A DNA stretch of 64,000 nucleotides from a virus (IMGVR_UViG_3300037851_000141:256001-320000); one strand, 5' to 3'; counted from the stretch's first letter, positions 1 to 9,803 are shown. The notes: generated by a model from the letters alone, not told the origin. Program-made: numbers and translations.

Positions 1-1
1 C

Positions 2-1294
2 TCCAATCGGATTATACCCACCGCAACCGTCAGCATAAATGGTTCCGTATCCACACGATGCTTCAGTTTTGTTCATGGTCGAAAGCATCATAGCTCCCAA
101 ACCATTACTAAACATCATAATATTGACCATGCGAAGACGGGCTTGAATATTCTCGTCAGCAACTTTATTCCACGATGGTTTATTAGGAATCGCATCATGG
201 AAAGCTTTAGTCATCGGATCATGGTCAATCGGAATCAAATACTCATGACAACCAAGATTCTGATGAAGTTTCTTGGCATCATTTACACTTCCTACACTAC
301 TATAACGACTTGGCATCATAATACAATGTACATTATCTCCACCAAAAGCGAGTTTAGCGAGAGTGGCAACAAGCGCACTATCAATGCCACCACTACTACC
401 AATTACTACCGACTTGAATCCACTCTTAGTGATATAATCCTTCATACCAAGCAGAATCATTTTTAGAGTTTCTGATACAATACCAGGATAGGTTTCAGCT
501 TTACAGTGGTAATACTTATTTTCTAGAACAAGATGATACGAAGCTTGGTAATGTTTATCATTTATATCATCTGGATTTTCTACGAAAAGTCTAGTCCCTC
601 GCTCGCCATATTCTGCTTGACTATGCCCGTCAAATACAAGTTCATCATTACCACCAATCTGATTGACATAAAATATATTTACTCCATAATTACTCGCGGC
701 CCGCCGAATCAACTCCCGACGATTATTAGGCTTCATTTTAACATATGGCGAACTGTTAAGACTAAACACATTTTGTACGCCAGCATCGGCCAAATCCTTA
801 ATGGGGTTATCTTTATACAGGTTCGATGTCCAAAGATCCTCACACACAATCAACCCACAATTCTCACCATTGATCTTAAACACACACGACTCTTTACCCG
901 ACTCAAAATACCGTTGCTCCCAAAATACGTCATACTCTGGAAGAAGCCGCTTTTGATATGTAGTAATAATCCGACCATTCTTGACAACAGCAGCCATATT
1001 CCTAAAAGGCTTCCCATGACCACTGTAATTATTATCAACATATCCAACAATGACATTAAGGTTCTGATAATGGCTCGCATACTTGACAATCATATGGAGA
1101 TAATCAAGATTCCGATCAACAAATCCATGAGTGTAAATCAGGTCTTGAATCAGATAACCTGGAATACACAACTCTGGAAATATAACAACATCAGCTTCGT
1201 GTTGAGCAGCATAATCAATTCCATCGGTAATCTTCTTGAAATTACCAGTGAAATCGTTAGGTGTAGTGTTGATTTGTCCGATGACGACTTTCAT
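2..1294 (-). CDS. nadE: Glutamine-dependent NAD+ synthetase (CN-hydrolase + synthetase domains), truncated by the window edge
   Basis: Absent from the ORF track (no stop in window). Manual translation from ATG 1294: MKVVIGQINTTPNDF...VIFPELCIPGY...YQKRLLPEYDVFWEQRYF...GLIVCEDLW (nitrilase E-K-C triad), then VVIGSSGGIDSALVA...NIQARLRM...NKTE...GYGTIYADGCGGYNPIG. Confidence 0.93.
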   Translation of the reverse strand, partial: MKVVIGQINTTPNDFTGNFKKITDGIDYAAQHEADVVIFPELCIPGYLIQDLIYTHGFVDRNLDYLHMIVKYASHYQNLNVIVGYVDNNYSGHGKPFRNMAAVVKNGRIITTYQKRLLPEYDVFWEQRYFESGKESCVFKINGENCGLIVCEDLWTSNLYKDNPIKDLADAGVQNVFSLNSSPYVKMKPNNRRELIRRAASNYGVNIFYVNQIGGNDELVFDGHSQAEYGERGTRLFVENPDDINDKHYQASYHLVLENKYYHCKAETYPGIVSETLKMILLGMKDYITKSGFKSVVIGSSGGIDSALVATLAKLAFGGDNVHCIMMPSRYSSVGSVNDAKKLHQNLGCHEYLIPIDHDPMTKAFHDAIPNKPSWNKVADENIQARLRMVNIMMFSNGLGAMMLSTMNKTEASCGYGTIYADGCGGYNPIG

Positions 1295-1297
1295 GGG

Positions 1298-1696
1298 TTA
1301 TACCTTTACTTCAATCCAGGGTGTGTGAACCAATATTTGCCCGTCTTCCTTCTTTGTTGTTCTCGCTATGACTTTACACTTGAAACCAAATTTACGTAGT
1401 TTCTTACAAAGTGGTTCAAGTTTCTTGGCTGCCTTTTTGTATTCATATAATTCTTTTTCCGGTGATAATTCAATTGGGTCATGATTTGGATTCTCGCACC
1501 AAGGTCGATAATTATAAGATCCAAAAGAACTCTTCCAATAGATATCAAGTTCAACACTATCATGCTGAAACTGATCATCCGAAAATTTATTAAGAATGAT
1601 TTGTAATGCGGTTCCAAGTTCAGTATCAGTAATTTTATCAATGTACTCATCTGACCATACTTTAGTTAGATTCTTTATGATTTTGGCAATGTTCAT
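1298..1696 (-). CDS. Hypothetical protein between pncB and nadE
   Basis: 132-aa ORF overlapping the pncB stop and ending 3 nt before the nadE start. Confidence 0.7.
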   Translation of the reverse strand: MNIAKIIKNLTKVWSDEYIDKITDTELGTALQIILNKFSDDQFQHDSVELDIYWKSSFGSYNYRPWCENPNHDPIELSPEKELYEYKKAAKKLEPLCKKLRKFGFKCKVIARTTKKEDGQILVHTPWIEVKV

Positions 1697-2877
1697 AGCT
1701 GTTCTCCAAAGTGAATGTGTTTCATAATCTTAACCATAGTTTCATCACCAATGGCTTTAGTTGGCGTATCCGATAGCTTGACGACAGGAATACCATTAAC
1801 ATCCCGCAACTTGATAACCATATTCAACGGCTTGCTCTTTTCATTTACATTACTCTCTTTATTGAAATTTGATGTGAAAAAAGTACCAATTCCAAACGAA
1901 CATCCAATTTTACCACGGCAATATTCATTTATTTTTACCGCTTTTTCAACATCTAATCCATCACTGAAAATAATAGTCTTCAACTGCGGTTCAATCCGAA
2001 GACTCTTATAGTGAGCAATAATCTTATCAGTGAAAACAAAAGGATCACCCGAATCATGGCGAACCGAATCCCACAGTTTAGCCTTATCAAGCGTGAAATC
2101 TTTGAGGAACGAATCTATACCATAAGTATCCGGCAGCATCGTTCCCAAAGCACCTTGATAGACCTTAGCCCAATTTTCCATCAGATACTTATTAGGACGA
2201 TTCATGCTCTCCAATGCCGCAGTAGCTTGGATTAACTCATGGGCCAGAGTACCAATCGCCCTAACTCCATATTTCATAGCCAGATATACATTACTGGTTC
2301 CTACAAATTCGGCATATCGCTTCATTTCATGTACAACAATATCTTGAGTATCAAAGTTTCTACGACGACGAGTACCAAAATCAGCATATTTACAGCCACC
2401 ATATGCCAACTTCCTAGCATTATCCCTAGCTAAACCAATCTGATCATTCATATTCCAATCAGTATCAATCATCTTGAAATATACTTCCGAAATAATAGCC
2501 ATCAAAGGCACTTCCCATAGAATTGTATCTCGCCATTTACCAGCAATAGTCAGTTGAAGTTGGTCGTCATCATCCAACCAAACATGAACTTGCTTAGGAT
2601 TAAACCTAAATGCCGCTAAATACTGCCTAAACGTGACAGGAAGGAACGGTATAGTATTCTTGATAAAGTCATATTCGGTATCTTGAAGCCTCAGATTCTC
2701 CATCAAGTTAATCTGACGCTCAATCTCATCCCTAGCCTCTTTTGTAAACTTCATACTCTTATTGCGATTATTGAAACTATAAGTAACATTAGTTTCGGGA
2801 TACAGCGAGAGAACAAACCACATCATCGTGAATTTGTATAAGTCATTGTCCAGCAAGCTCGTAATGACCTGTTCCAT
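1693..2877 (-). CDS. pncB: Nicotinate phosphoribosyltransferase
   Basis: SLLDNDLYKFTM, DFGTRRR, GTLAHE, PDTYG, VRHDSGDP, IIFSDGLD, FGIGT, VKLSDTPTKAIGD. Confidence 0.95.
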   Translation of the reverse strand: MEQVITSLLDNDLYKFTMMWFVLSLYPETNVTYSFNNRNKSMKFTKEARDEIERQINLMENLRLQDTEYDFIKNTIPFLPVTFRQYLAAFRFNPKQVHVWLDDDDQLQLTIAGKWRDTILWEVPLMAIISEVYFKMIDTDWNMNDQIGLARDNARKLAYGGCKYADFGTRRRRNFDTQDIVVHEMKRYAEFVGTSNVYLAMKYGVRAIGTLAHELIQATAALESMNRPNKYLMENWAKVYQGALGTMLPDTYGIDSFLKDFTLDKAKLWDSVRHDSGDPFVFTDKIIAHYKSLRIEPQLKTIIFSDGLDVEKAVKINEYCRGKIGCSFGIGTFFTSNFNKESNVNEKSKPLNMVIKLRDVNGIPVVKLSDTPTKAIGDETMVKIMKHIHFGEQL

Positions 2878-2912
2878 GGCGCACCACCTTTCTTACGACG
2901 ATATTATAATAA

Positions 2913-3467
2913 CTAAATGGCAAGTGTCAAGGTCGGCTTTACAACAGCATGCGGATCAATCGAAGGCACCCAGCGCAAATCACCAGTCTTTTTAAGCAAC
3001 TGTTCGCAACTAAGATCATTATTCTGGAATTGGCTGGCTGGCGTCTCGTCAACCTTTACCAGATGATAGCCAAGATCCGCCACAGCCTTTTGCGCAAGTT
3101 CTAAAGTGATAGCACCATGAGTAAAGGTATATCCGAGCTTCCAGGCATCTTCATTAGACGTATAAGCCACTTCAACACAGGGTCGGAACAGACGATTCAT
3201 AACACCAGCACGACTTGACCATGGACCGCGAAGAAGCTTAGTCGTTCCATCAACAAGAGTTATCTCAAATTCCCGACCACCAAACCCTTCACCCGGTTGA
3301 TTATAATAGAAGAAGTGACAGAATCCATCAAGTTCAGCAAAATAACGGCCAGAATTCTCCTGATAACGTAAAGCCTTATAGTTAGGTTCCTTATCAACTA
3401 AAATAAGAAGATCAGGCTCATTCATAAAGCCGTGATTCCAGTCGATCTTTGCCTTGAGGATGTTCAT
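2913..3467 (-). CDS. Conserved-looking phage hypothetical protein
   Basis: ORF with its own promoter (about 3496-3522) and AAGGA RBS before MNILKAK; start moved from 3497 to 3467. Confidence 0.7.
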   Translation of the reverse strand: MNILKAKIDWNHGFMNEPDLLILVDKEPNYKALRYQENSGRYFAELDGFCHFFYYNQPGEGFGGREFEITLVDGTTKLLRGPWSSRAGVMNRLFRPCVEVAYTSNEDAWKLGYTFTHGAITLELAQKAVADLGYHLVKVDETPASQFQNNDLSCEQLLKKTGDLRWVPSIDPHAVVKPTLTLAI

Positions 3468-3570
3468 GATAGGTTCCTTCCTTGTTGGTTCACACATTCT
3501 ACCGAGATTTTACCAATGTCAACAACTATTTTTCGTTTGACTTGGGCTTGACATTAGATAAGATGGTGGG

Positions 3571-3855
3571 ATGAATAAAGTCAAAGAAGTATCCGATTTA
3601 TATGGTGTTGTATTTAAGCAGTATTTCTGGACCAATGCTGATGAAGAGAATGAAGCGTTTAGTTATGTTGAAGAATACGTAGAAAGACCAGTTGAAACTC
3701 TTATATATCATTCAGATAGCCCAAACCACGATGCTGTATTTTATGTAATCTCAAATATAATTGAAACTGTTATAGGTAATCCAATTTTCTCAGATAGATA
3801 TAAACACACATATAAAACCAATAAACAACATATCCTAAAGGTCTTACATGATTGA
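3571..3855 (+). CDS. C-terminal-tag family member 1
   Basis: Ends KTNKQHILKVLHD. Confidence 0.75.
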   Translation: MNKVKEVSDLYGVVFKQYFWTNADEENEAFSYVEEYVERPVETLIYHSDSPNHDAVFYVISNIIETVIGNPIFSDRYKHTYKTNKQHILKVLHD

Positions 3856-4510
3856 ATTACATCAAGATTTATTAGAAGAACAAGATAAACCTACATATTA
3901 TCTCGATAAAAAATTAATAAGCGGCCAAACCTATATACAAGATAATGAGAATACTTGTGGATTTTTAGCAATTATTAACGCATTATCATATTTTAATAAA
4001 CCTATTCCCAATATTAAAAAACTAAGAAAATTAGCTAAAAAATATCAATTACAATATGGTTCATCGCCACAGGATATACAAACATTATCACATGAGTTAG
4101 GCATTCATTTATCAAAAATTAAACCCGACAAGAATCAAATAATTAATGCCGTAAATAAAGAATTTCCAGTTTTAATTAGTATGAGATTTAGCTTGAATGC
4201 TCCGCATATTCCAGAACCAAAATATGATACAAAAATAATCAATTTCAATGTAGGCATTAATAACATTATTTCGTTTTTATCTTCAGAACAAAATGAAAAA
4301 TTAAAAGAAAACTGTATTGGCGAATTCCACACAACCTTAATAATCGAATATGATAAAAATATTGATAAATTTTTATGTCTAAATATGTTTCATAATTGTT
4401 GGATGAATTATAATGAGTTTATATTTGATGTTGGACCAAATGGTGAAAAATGGGACACAACGTTTATATGTACAACAACTCCAATAAAAATAACCGGATT
4501 TCCATTATGA
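3848..4510 (+). CDS. Putative C39-like (papain-fold) cysteine peptidase
   Basis: YIQDNENTCGFLAIINALSYF (Q-x5-C-G) and EFHTTLIIEYD (catalytic His strand). Confidence 0.65.
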   Translation: MIELHQDLLEEQDKPTYYLDKKLISGQTYIQDNENTCGFLAIINALSYFNKPIPNIKKLRKLAKKYQLQYGSSPQDIQTLSHELGIHLSKIKPDKNQIINAVNKEFPVLISMRFSLNAPHIPEPKYDTKIINFNVGINNIISFLSSEQNEKLKENCIGEFHTTLIIEYDKNIDKFLCLNMFHNCWMNYNEFIFDVGPNGEKWDTTFICTTTPIKITGFPL

Positions 4511-4755
4511 TTAAAGGATTTGTACCTCGTTATCCATATAAGTGTAATAGGAAGGATGATATTTTTCCTATTATTGACGTTGAACGTGTATTTGGAATGA
4601 TCTTAAAATTTCCAAAATTTAAGAACCCATTATTACATTATCATAGATTTCCAGCATTATATGGGTGCGGATTATTATCATTAGTATGTCAAAAAATAAT
4701 GGAATCTCAAAATACGGTAAATAAGAAACATATTCTAAAGGTGCTACATGATTGA
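4507..4755 (+). CDS. C-terminal-tag family member 2
   Basis: Ends TVNKKHILKVLHD; ATG overlaps the upstream TGA. Confidence 0.75.
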   Translation: MIKGFVPRYPYKCNRKDDIFPIIDVERVFGMILKFPKFKNPLLHYHRFPALYGCGLLSLVCQKIMESQNTVNKKHILKVLHD

Positions 4756-5008
4756 CGGAATCGACGGCCTAAATCATTACCAGAGACTCACTTATAATAA
4801 CACTTTACGTCAATTATGTAATCCTTTAGATGCTATAGGTGGGATAATAGGTTCACCACATGTTTTTATGATGAGTTCAAAAATTATGTATAAATTGTGG
4901 CCAACACTTTTTGTTTATGGAGTATTCGGAACAATATATGTAAACTTGGAAAAATCTCAAAATAAGGTAAATAAGAAACATATTCTAAAGGTATTGAAAA
5001 ATGATTGA
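4748..5008 (+). CDS. C-terminal-tag family member 3
   Basis: Ends KVNKKHILKVLKND. Confidence 0.75.
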   Translation: MIDGIDGLNHYQRLTYNNTLRQLCNPLDAIGGIIGSPHVFMMSSKIMYKLWPTLFVYGVFGTIYVNLEKSQNKVNKKHILKVLKND

Positions 5009-5246
5009 CGGCGTTAGATTTCGTGATCGGACATGGGTTGTTGATGATAGGTTTATTACTCTTCGTGAAGTTGATAATGTAATTGGATGGGTATGTCTGC
5101 CTCCAAAATTTAAGAACCCGCGATTTAACTTTTTCACATTCCCTCTTTTATATGGATACGGAATAACAGCAACGATATATAGCAAAATAATGGGATCTCA
5201 AAATAAGGTAAATAAGAAACATATTCTTGAGGTACTACATGATTAA
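5001..5246 (+). CDS. C-terminal-tag family member 4
   Basis: Ends KVNKKHILEVLHD. Confidence 0.75.
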   Translation: MIDGVRFRDRTWVVDDRFITLREVDNVIGWVCLPPKFKNPRFNFFTFPLLYGYGITATIYSKIMGSQNKVNKKHILEVLHD

Positions 5247-5481
5247 TCAGGCTCGGGAACTTGCGTTGCTTTCATTTGATTCTAAATGTCTTTGTTTATG
5301 TCGTGATTTAGAGCAAGTTAGAAGAATTGTTGGTTTTGTTTCTCCTTATTCAACGGCTATTGTATTTCGGATATTCCCACACTTAAGAGGATTTGGAATA
5401 GTGTTCGAAATATATAAAGTTCTTGAAAAACAACAAAATAAGGTAAATAAGAAATCCGTCCTTGACTCTCTAAAAAACTAA
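5239..5481 (+). CDS. C-terminal-tag family member 5
   Basis: Ends KVNKKSVLDSLKN. Confidence 0.75.
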   Translation: MINQARELALLSFDSKCLCLCRDLEQVRRIVGFVSPYSTAIVFRIFPHLRGFGIVFEIYKVLEKQQNKVNKKSVLDSLKN

Positions 5482-5511
5482 GGTAAAATATCCGTACATA
5501 AAGGAATTCCC

Positions 5512-5979
5512 ATGAAACCATTCAAGACTATCTTATTATCAAAAGAAGATTATAACGATACATTATCACAGAGTATTTACACCTCATATAATCTTATTGG
5601 TGTGATGCTTGAAGAAGATAAAGTCCAAATTGTAAAGAATCGTTTAGGCGAATCCGCAGTTGTTACTTTAGACAGATGGTATGAACTTGTAAAAAATGGC
5701 ACAAAAGAATGGAATCTGCTTCAAAAGGGCATTAAACTTCCAGATGCCGAAGCAATGCTTATTTTCAAGAAAGGTGGTAATGCTGTTATTGTAGCTAATC
5801 AACATGAAAACCCAAACTCAAGCGATCCAACTTTATCAATATTATGCCAAGAGTGCGACTTGTGCCATTGCGAGTGTCATTCTTTATATATTGATCCTTC
5901 TCATGGTGAATATTCTGGATCAACTCTCTGTTTTACTTGCTTAAAAAATATAATAACGTTACATAAGGAAAATGTATGA
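5512..5979 (+). CDS. Hypothetical protein with C-terminal Cys motifs; paralogue of 6231..6626
   Basis: Shares PFKT.LL...LIG...EE.KVQIVK.R...VTLD.WY..VK and CxxC...CxxC with 6231..6626. Confidence 0.7.
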   Translation: MKPFKTILLSKEDYNDTLSQSIYTSYNLIGVMLEEDKVQIVKNRLGESAVVTLDRWYELVKNGTKEWNLLQKGIKLPDAEAMLIFKKGGNAVIVANQHENPNSSDPTLSILCQECDLCHCECHSLYIDPSHGEYSGSTLCFTCLKNIITLHKENV

Positions 5980-6230
5980 CAATAGAAGTAATCATCATTT
6001 CATCTATCATTATTCTTGCGGCTCTTATATACATTATCAACATGGTACTATATAAGAATCTTTACTATAAATTCTTAGAAACCCACGGTAATGATGCTTG
6101 GTTTGATTCAGAACAACGTAAAAAGATGAACGGCTTTCTTGGTGCTATTCGTTATATATTAGGTAAAAAGAAATAAATATTGACTCTCTCATAAGCTAAA
6201 ATAGAATATCAGCCCATAAAGGACGCCATC

Positions 6231-6626
6231 ATGTCACCATTCAAAACCTTGTTGCTACCAAAAGACTTTGACTTGAAAACTTTAAGGTTTGACCAAAGTA
6301 TAAAGTCTCATCTTATTGGTTTGCTATGTGAAGAAAATAAAGTCCAAATTGTAAAATCTCGTTATAGCAATGCTTACCCATTGGTTACTTTAGATGAATG
6401 GTATAATATTGTAAAAACTGAAACAACATATTGGAATAATGCCCAAAAACGAGAAGATAAAAATATTCAACCAACGTTAACAATACGCGAAGGTCTTATT
6501 TGTGATAATTGTAAAAAACAGTGTAATAATCCTTGTATTGAATTGACTAATAATGACGGTGAAAAAACTACCCACTGTCTCGACTGCTTAACAAATATTC
6601 TCCATGTCTTTAAGAACTACAAATGA
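6231..6626 (+). CDS. Hypothetical protein with C-terminal Zn finger; paralogue of 5512..5979
   Basis: Same motifs; CDNC...CLDC; own promoter near 6180. Confidence 0.7.
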   Translation: MSPFKTLLLPKDFDLKTLRFDQSIKSHLIGLLCEENKVQIVKSRYSNAYPLVTLDEWYNIVKTETTYWNNAQKREDKNIQPTLTIREGLICDNCKKQCNNPCIELTNNDGEKTTHCLDCLTNILHVFKNYK

Positions 6627-7141
6627 CCCAAAAGACCACAACCCATATCCATTGTGATGTTTGTGAGAAAGAAATTGACAATTCACTAATGTTTGTTTCT
6701 GTTCCATTTAAGTATTATTTGGATCAAGTTGCGGCAATCAATATACAAGTCTCTGTTGATATTTTCGGACATAAAGGACATATCTGCGAATCGTGCTTCA
6801 AAGAAATTATGAGAAGGTATCTTAATGAGCCTTGACGATCTGTTTGAAACTAAAAATACAGATAATGTCGATATCGTAAGCATCAAAACTGAATATTATA
6901 AACGTGGTAAAAGATTCTACGCTTCTAAAGTCATAACCCCAATTAGTTCACTATCTAAAGGCCGAACATTAACTGACGAAGTGTCTGATTGTGGTCCTGA
7001 AGTAATTGACCAAATAACCAATCTATACGAAGTTCCAGACGGTTATTATCAAGTTGTACTCAGTAATGTGTCAAAAGATTATGAAACTGGTTATATTGAT
7101 GATTATGACTTTACCCTAATTCCATACCAAAAGGAAATAAA

Positions 7142-7762
7142 ATGAAGCTCGACTTATCTAAACTAACTGAAGAAGATATCATTAAACTGTACGACCTATC
7201 ACGACATTTCAATGGGCCAATTTATGAAGATGCTGATCCTTGGGGTGGTTCGTGTAAATTCGATGAAGAAAAAATAATGAACTTTGTAAGAAATTCCCGT
7301 ATATTAGCTAAACATATTGAGAAACTTGTTGATAAAATTGAAAAACGAGTTGTACGTAAAGATATTATAACCGCGCAGGAAGCAAGAGAATATGGTGAAA
7401 AGAATATTGAAATTGAAATAAAATCTAATGAACTTCCTGAACAAGTTATAAAAACACTAATGAAAAGAATACAAAAGGTTATCTCATCCAAACCTCCTGA
7501 CGGTGACCAATATATATTTACGGAAGGTATTGATGATTATGGCAATGAAGTCAGAGGAATCTCGAATTATTTGTCTAAACCAGTAATAGAACAGATTATT
7601 ACTTACTTTACTGATCTTGGATATAATGTTAAACCAGCAAGAGAACATTTTCAGGATTCATTGAAAAATATATATCGCATAGATTGGATTGAACAAGATA
7701 AACCTCAATTACCCCCACCAGTTTATCAAAGAGAAGACGCACAACCAAAGGAAATAAAATAA
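7142..7762 (+). CDS. Hypothetical protein
   Basis: 206-aa ORF with AAGGA RBS in a translationally coupled run. Confidence 0.7.
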   Translation: MKLDLSKLTEEDIIKLYDLSRHFNGPIYEDADPWGGSCKFDEEKIMNFVRNSRILAKHIEKLVDKIEKRVVRKDIITAQEAREYGEKNIEIEIKSNELPEQVIKTLMKRIQKVISSKPPDGDQYIFTEGIDDYGNEVRGISNYLSKPVIEQIITYFTDLGYNVKPAREHFQDSLKNIYRIDWIEQDKPQLPPPVYQREDAQPKEIK

Positions 7763-8327
7763 CATGCCACACTACAATCTAATAATCACATACGACAAAT
7801 CCGAAGAAAATACATACAAATCAACAATTGTCGAACCAGAATTCAGTTACAATACCACCACCAGTTTACTCAAAGACGAAATTGAACTGGTTGATAAATT
7901 GGCAGATATGGTTAGAGGTAGATGTAGATCACTCCAACGAGTATGCCCAACTTGCGGAAAAACTAAAGATGATCCGGCAGCAGCATATTGTTCAAATGGG
8001 TTCCACCTTGACGAAATGAAATATTTGTTTGGTAGGAGATATACTAAAAATGAATTATAACCCTTACAGCAGATCATCAATAGATTTAGAGAATGTCAAG
8101 ATTTTCTGCCATCATGTACTAAACTACTTTATTTGTTATTTTATTATCAAATTTTGGCCAATTGATACTGTCGCGCCTATACATACATTTGCTGATGCTG
8201 CTTGGGCTTTACTTCAGATATTGATGCTTGGTAGTTGTTTTATCTTTTATTGGGTGCTGATTTTTAGAATATTTTTTGCTAAAACGCCAACTGAAGATCG
8301 TTTCGTCCCTACTCTGTAAAATTGTTC

Positions 8328-8354
8328 TTGACTTCCTATATATCAGGCTATAAT
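8328..8354 (+). promoter_or_regulatory. TTGACT-N15-TATAAT promoter
   Basis: TTGACTTCCTATATATCAGGCTATAAT; near-identical to the copies at 8670 and 9010. Confidence 0.8.
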
Positions 8355-8669
8355 GCGACCATAAGGAAATAAAATGACAAATAAGAAACAGAACCGCATC
8401 GCTGTGTTGAAGTTTACTGATTATATCGATTATACAATTCCAGATGAACATATCTCAAAATCTCTAAAAGCAGTAAACCGTCATAATCTTGGTGTTGATA
8501 GTCCAAATATTGTTGATGCTACAGGTAATCTTGTTGAAAATCCAAAAATTAAGAACCACCCAAAGCGTAAGTTCAATCTAAACGCCCATTACACGCTACG
8601 TCGTTCTTGTCAACATAAAGTTAAAGTCACACTATACAATGATGGCGACCATGATATTGAAATTTGTTC

Positions 8670-8696
8670 TTGACTTCCAAAATATCAGGCTATAAT
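8670..8696 (+). promoter_or_regulatory. TTGACT-N15-TATAAT promoter
   Basis: TTGACTTCCAAAATATCAGGCTATAAT; its TGA is the stop of ORF 8374..8673. Confidence 0.8.
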
Positions 8697-9009
8697 GCGA
8701 CTCGTCAAACAAAAGGCATAAACAACCCACAAAGGAGATAAACGTGTCTGAAGAATCTTATTTCATGCTATGGGCCGATGAAGATGGTGGTCACTGTGAA
8801 AAACTCACCAGAGAACAAGTACAAAAACGAATTCAAGAAATGGCCGAAGGCGGTGGCGACAGGTCATGTATCAACGCAGTACCAAAGAATTCCGACATGA
8901 ATTATTGGGGCGAATCAGTAGTCATTATCAAGGGATCAGTCGTTGTGCCACAGAAGAAAGAAGTCGTCGTTAAGTACGAAATCGAATAACAGTTGACTCT
9001 ATAAAAAGC

Positions 9010-9036
9010 TTGACTTCCAAAATATCAGGCTATAAT
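9010..9036 (+). promoter_or_regulatory. TTGACT-N15-TATAAT promoter
   Basis: Identical to the 8670 copy, with a shared downstream leader CTCGTCAAACAAA(A)GGCATA. Confidence 0.8.
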
Positions 9037-9082
9037 GCGCTCGTCAAACAAAGGCATACAACCCTCAACAAAGGAGAAACCC

Positions 9083-9388
9083 ATGCCTGCCGAAACCATG
9101 ATCAAGATGTTCGTTCGTAACCGCCGTGGTCGTCCTTGCGGAATCCTGCTTGGAACCAAGGTCAAGGGTCGAGTACAGATTGGCTACTCTCTCTGTAATA
9201 TGACTCTGGATAAGTGGAACCCCGTTCTTGGACAATCCATTGCTGAAGCTCGTATCGGCAAGGTGAACAAGAAGAATCTCCCGCACTCCGTAGCTAAGGT
9301 GTGGAGCCACTTTGAGGATCGCTGCGCTCGCTACTTCAAGGTAGGTAAGAAGACTGCCAAGAAGCGCGCCGCAAAAATTTCTGCTTGA
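9083..9388 (+). CDS. Basic phage hypothetical protein
   Basis: AAGGAG RBS before MPAETMIK; G/C-ending codons. Confidence 0.7.
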   Translation: MPAETMIKMFVRNRRGRPCGILLGTKVKGRVQIGYSLCNMTLDKWNPVLGQSIAEARIGKVNKKNLPHSVAKVWSHFEDRCARYFKVGKKTAKKRAAKISA

Positions 9389-9412
9389 CTTTGAGTAGAA
9401 AAGATATAAAAT
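9385..9412 (+). promoter_or_regulatory. Promoter of the ncRNA-tRNA(Leu)-tRNA(Ile2) transcript
   Basis: TTGACT-N16-TAAAAT. Confidence 0.65.
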
Positions 9413-9444
9413 ATAGGTGTTGAACAAGTATATATCTGTGGTAA

Positions 9445-9544
9445 GTCTCGCTCAATAGAGAGTCGGCCAATGTGAATAGATTCCGCGTTGAAGTAACATT
9501 GGCGTCCTTCGAAGGGGATACGCGGAACTCTTATTGGGTGAGAC
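9445..9544 (+). ncRNA. Unassigned structured RNA (closing stem plus two interleaved 8-bp helices)
   Basis: GTCTCGCTCAATA/TATTGGGTGAGAC with G-U pairs; GCCAATGT(9466)/ACATTGGC(9496); TTCCGCGT(9481)/ACGCGGAA(9520); small hairpin 9505-9518. Confidence 0.6.
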
Positions 9545-9550
9545 AGACAT

Positions 9551-9634
9551 GCCCGAATGGTGGAATTGGTAGACGCGAGGGACTCAAAATCCCTTGGCCG
9601 CAAGGTCGTGTGGGTTCGAGTCCCACTTCGGGTA
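9551..9634 (+). tRNA. tRNA-Leu(CAA), long variable arm, CCA not encoded
   Basis: GCCCGAA/TTCGGGT acceptor; GGGA-CTCAAAA-TCCC anticodon arm; GGTTCGAGTCC T arm. Confidence 0.93.
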
Positions 9635-9638
9635 CTAT

Positions 9639-9715
9639 GGGCCATTAGCTCAATTGGTTAGAGCATCCGACTCATAATCGGCAGGTTCTAGGTTCAAGTC
9701 CTAGATGGCCCACCA
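9639..9715 (+). tRNA. tRNA-Ile2 (CAU, lysidine type)
   Basis: GGGCCAT/ATGGCCC-A-CCA; CCGA-CTCATAA-TCGG arm as in ileX-type tRNAs; adjacent to tilS. Confidence 0.9.
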
Positions 9716-9717
9716 AT

Positions 9718-9752
9718 AAAAATCCTCAATCTTAACTGGTTGGGGATTTTTT
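9718..9752 (+). terminator. Intrinsic terminator after the tRNAs
   Basis: AAAAATCCTCAA...TTGGGGATTTTTT. Confidence 0.75.
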
Positions 9753-9803
9753 ATTTGACAAACCTCTTAAACACTATATACTCTGCCCAAGAAAGGCGCT
9801 TAT

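Noticed and set aside
143-1399. Long + strand ORFs 143..466 and 533..1399
   Set aside because: Antisense shadows of nadE; no RBS or motifs.
1693-2877. NAMPT (NARP2) assignment
   Set aside because: The motifs match the PncB/NAPRT family, and the neighbouring NadE implies the deamidated route.
9445-9544. HDV-like/theta ribozyme
   Set aside because: The topology is similar, but P1.1 (CC/GG) and the catalytic-C J4/2 strand are not evident, and it lies 5' rather than 3' of the tRNA.
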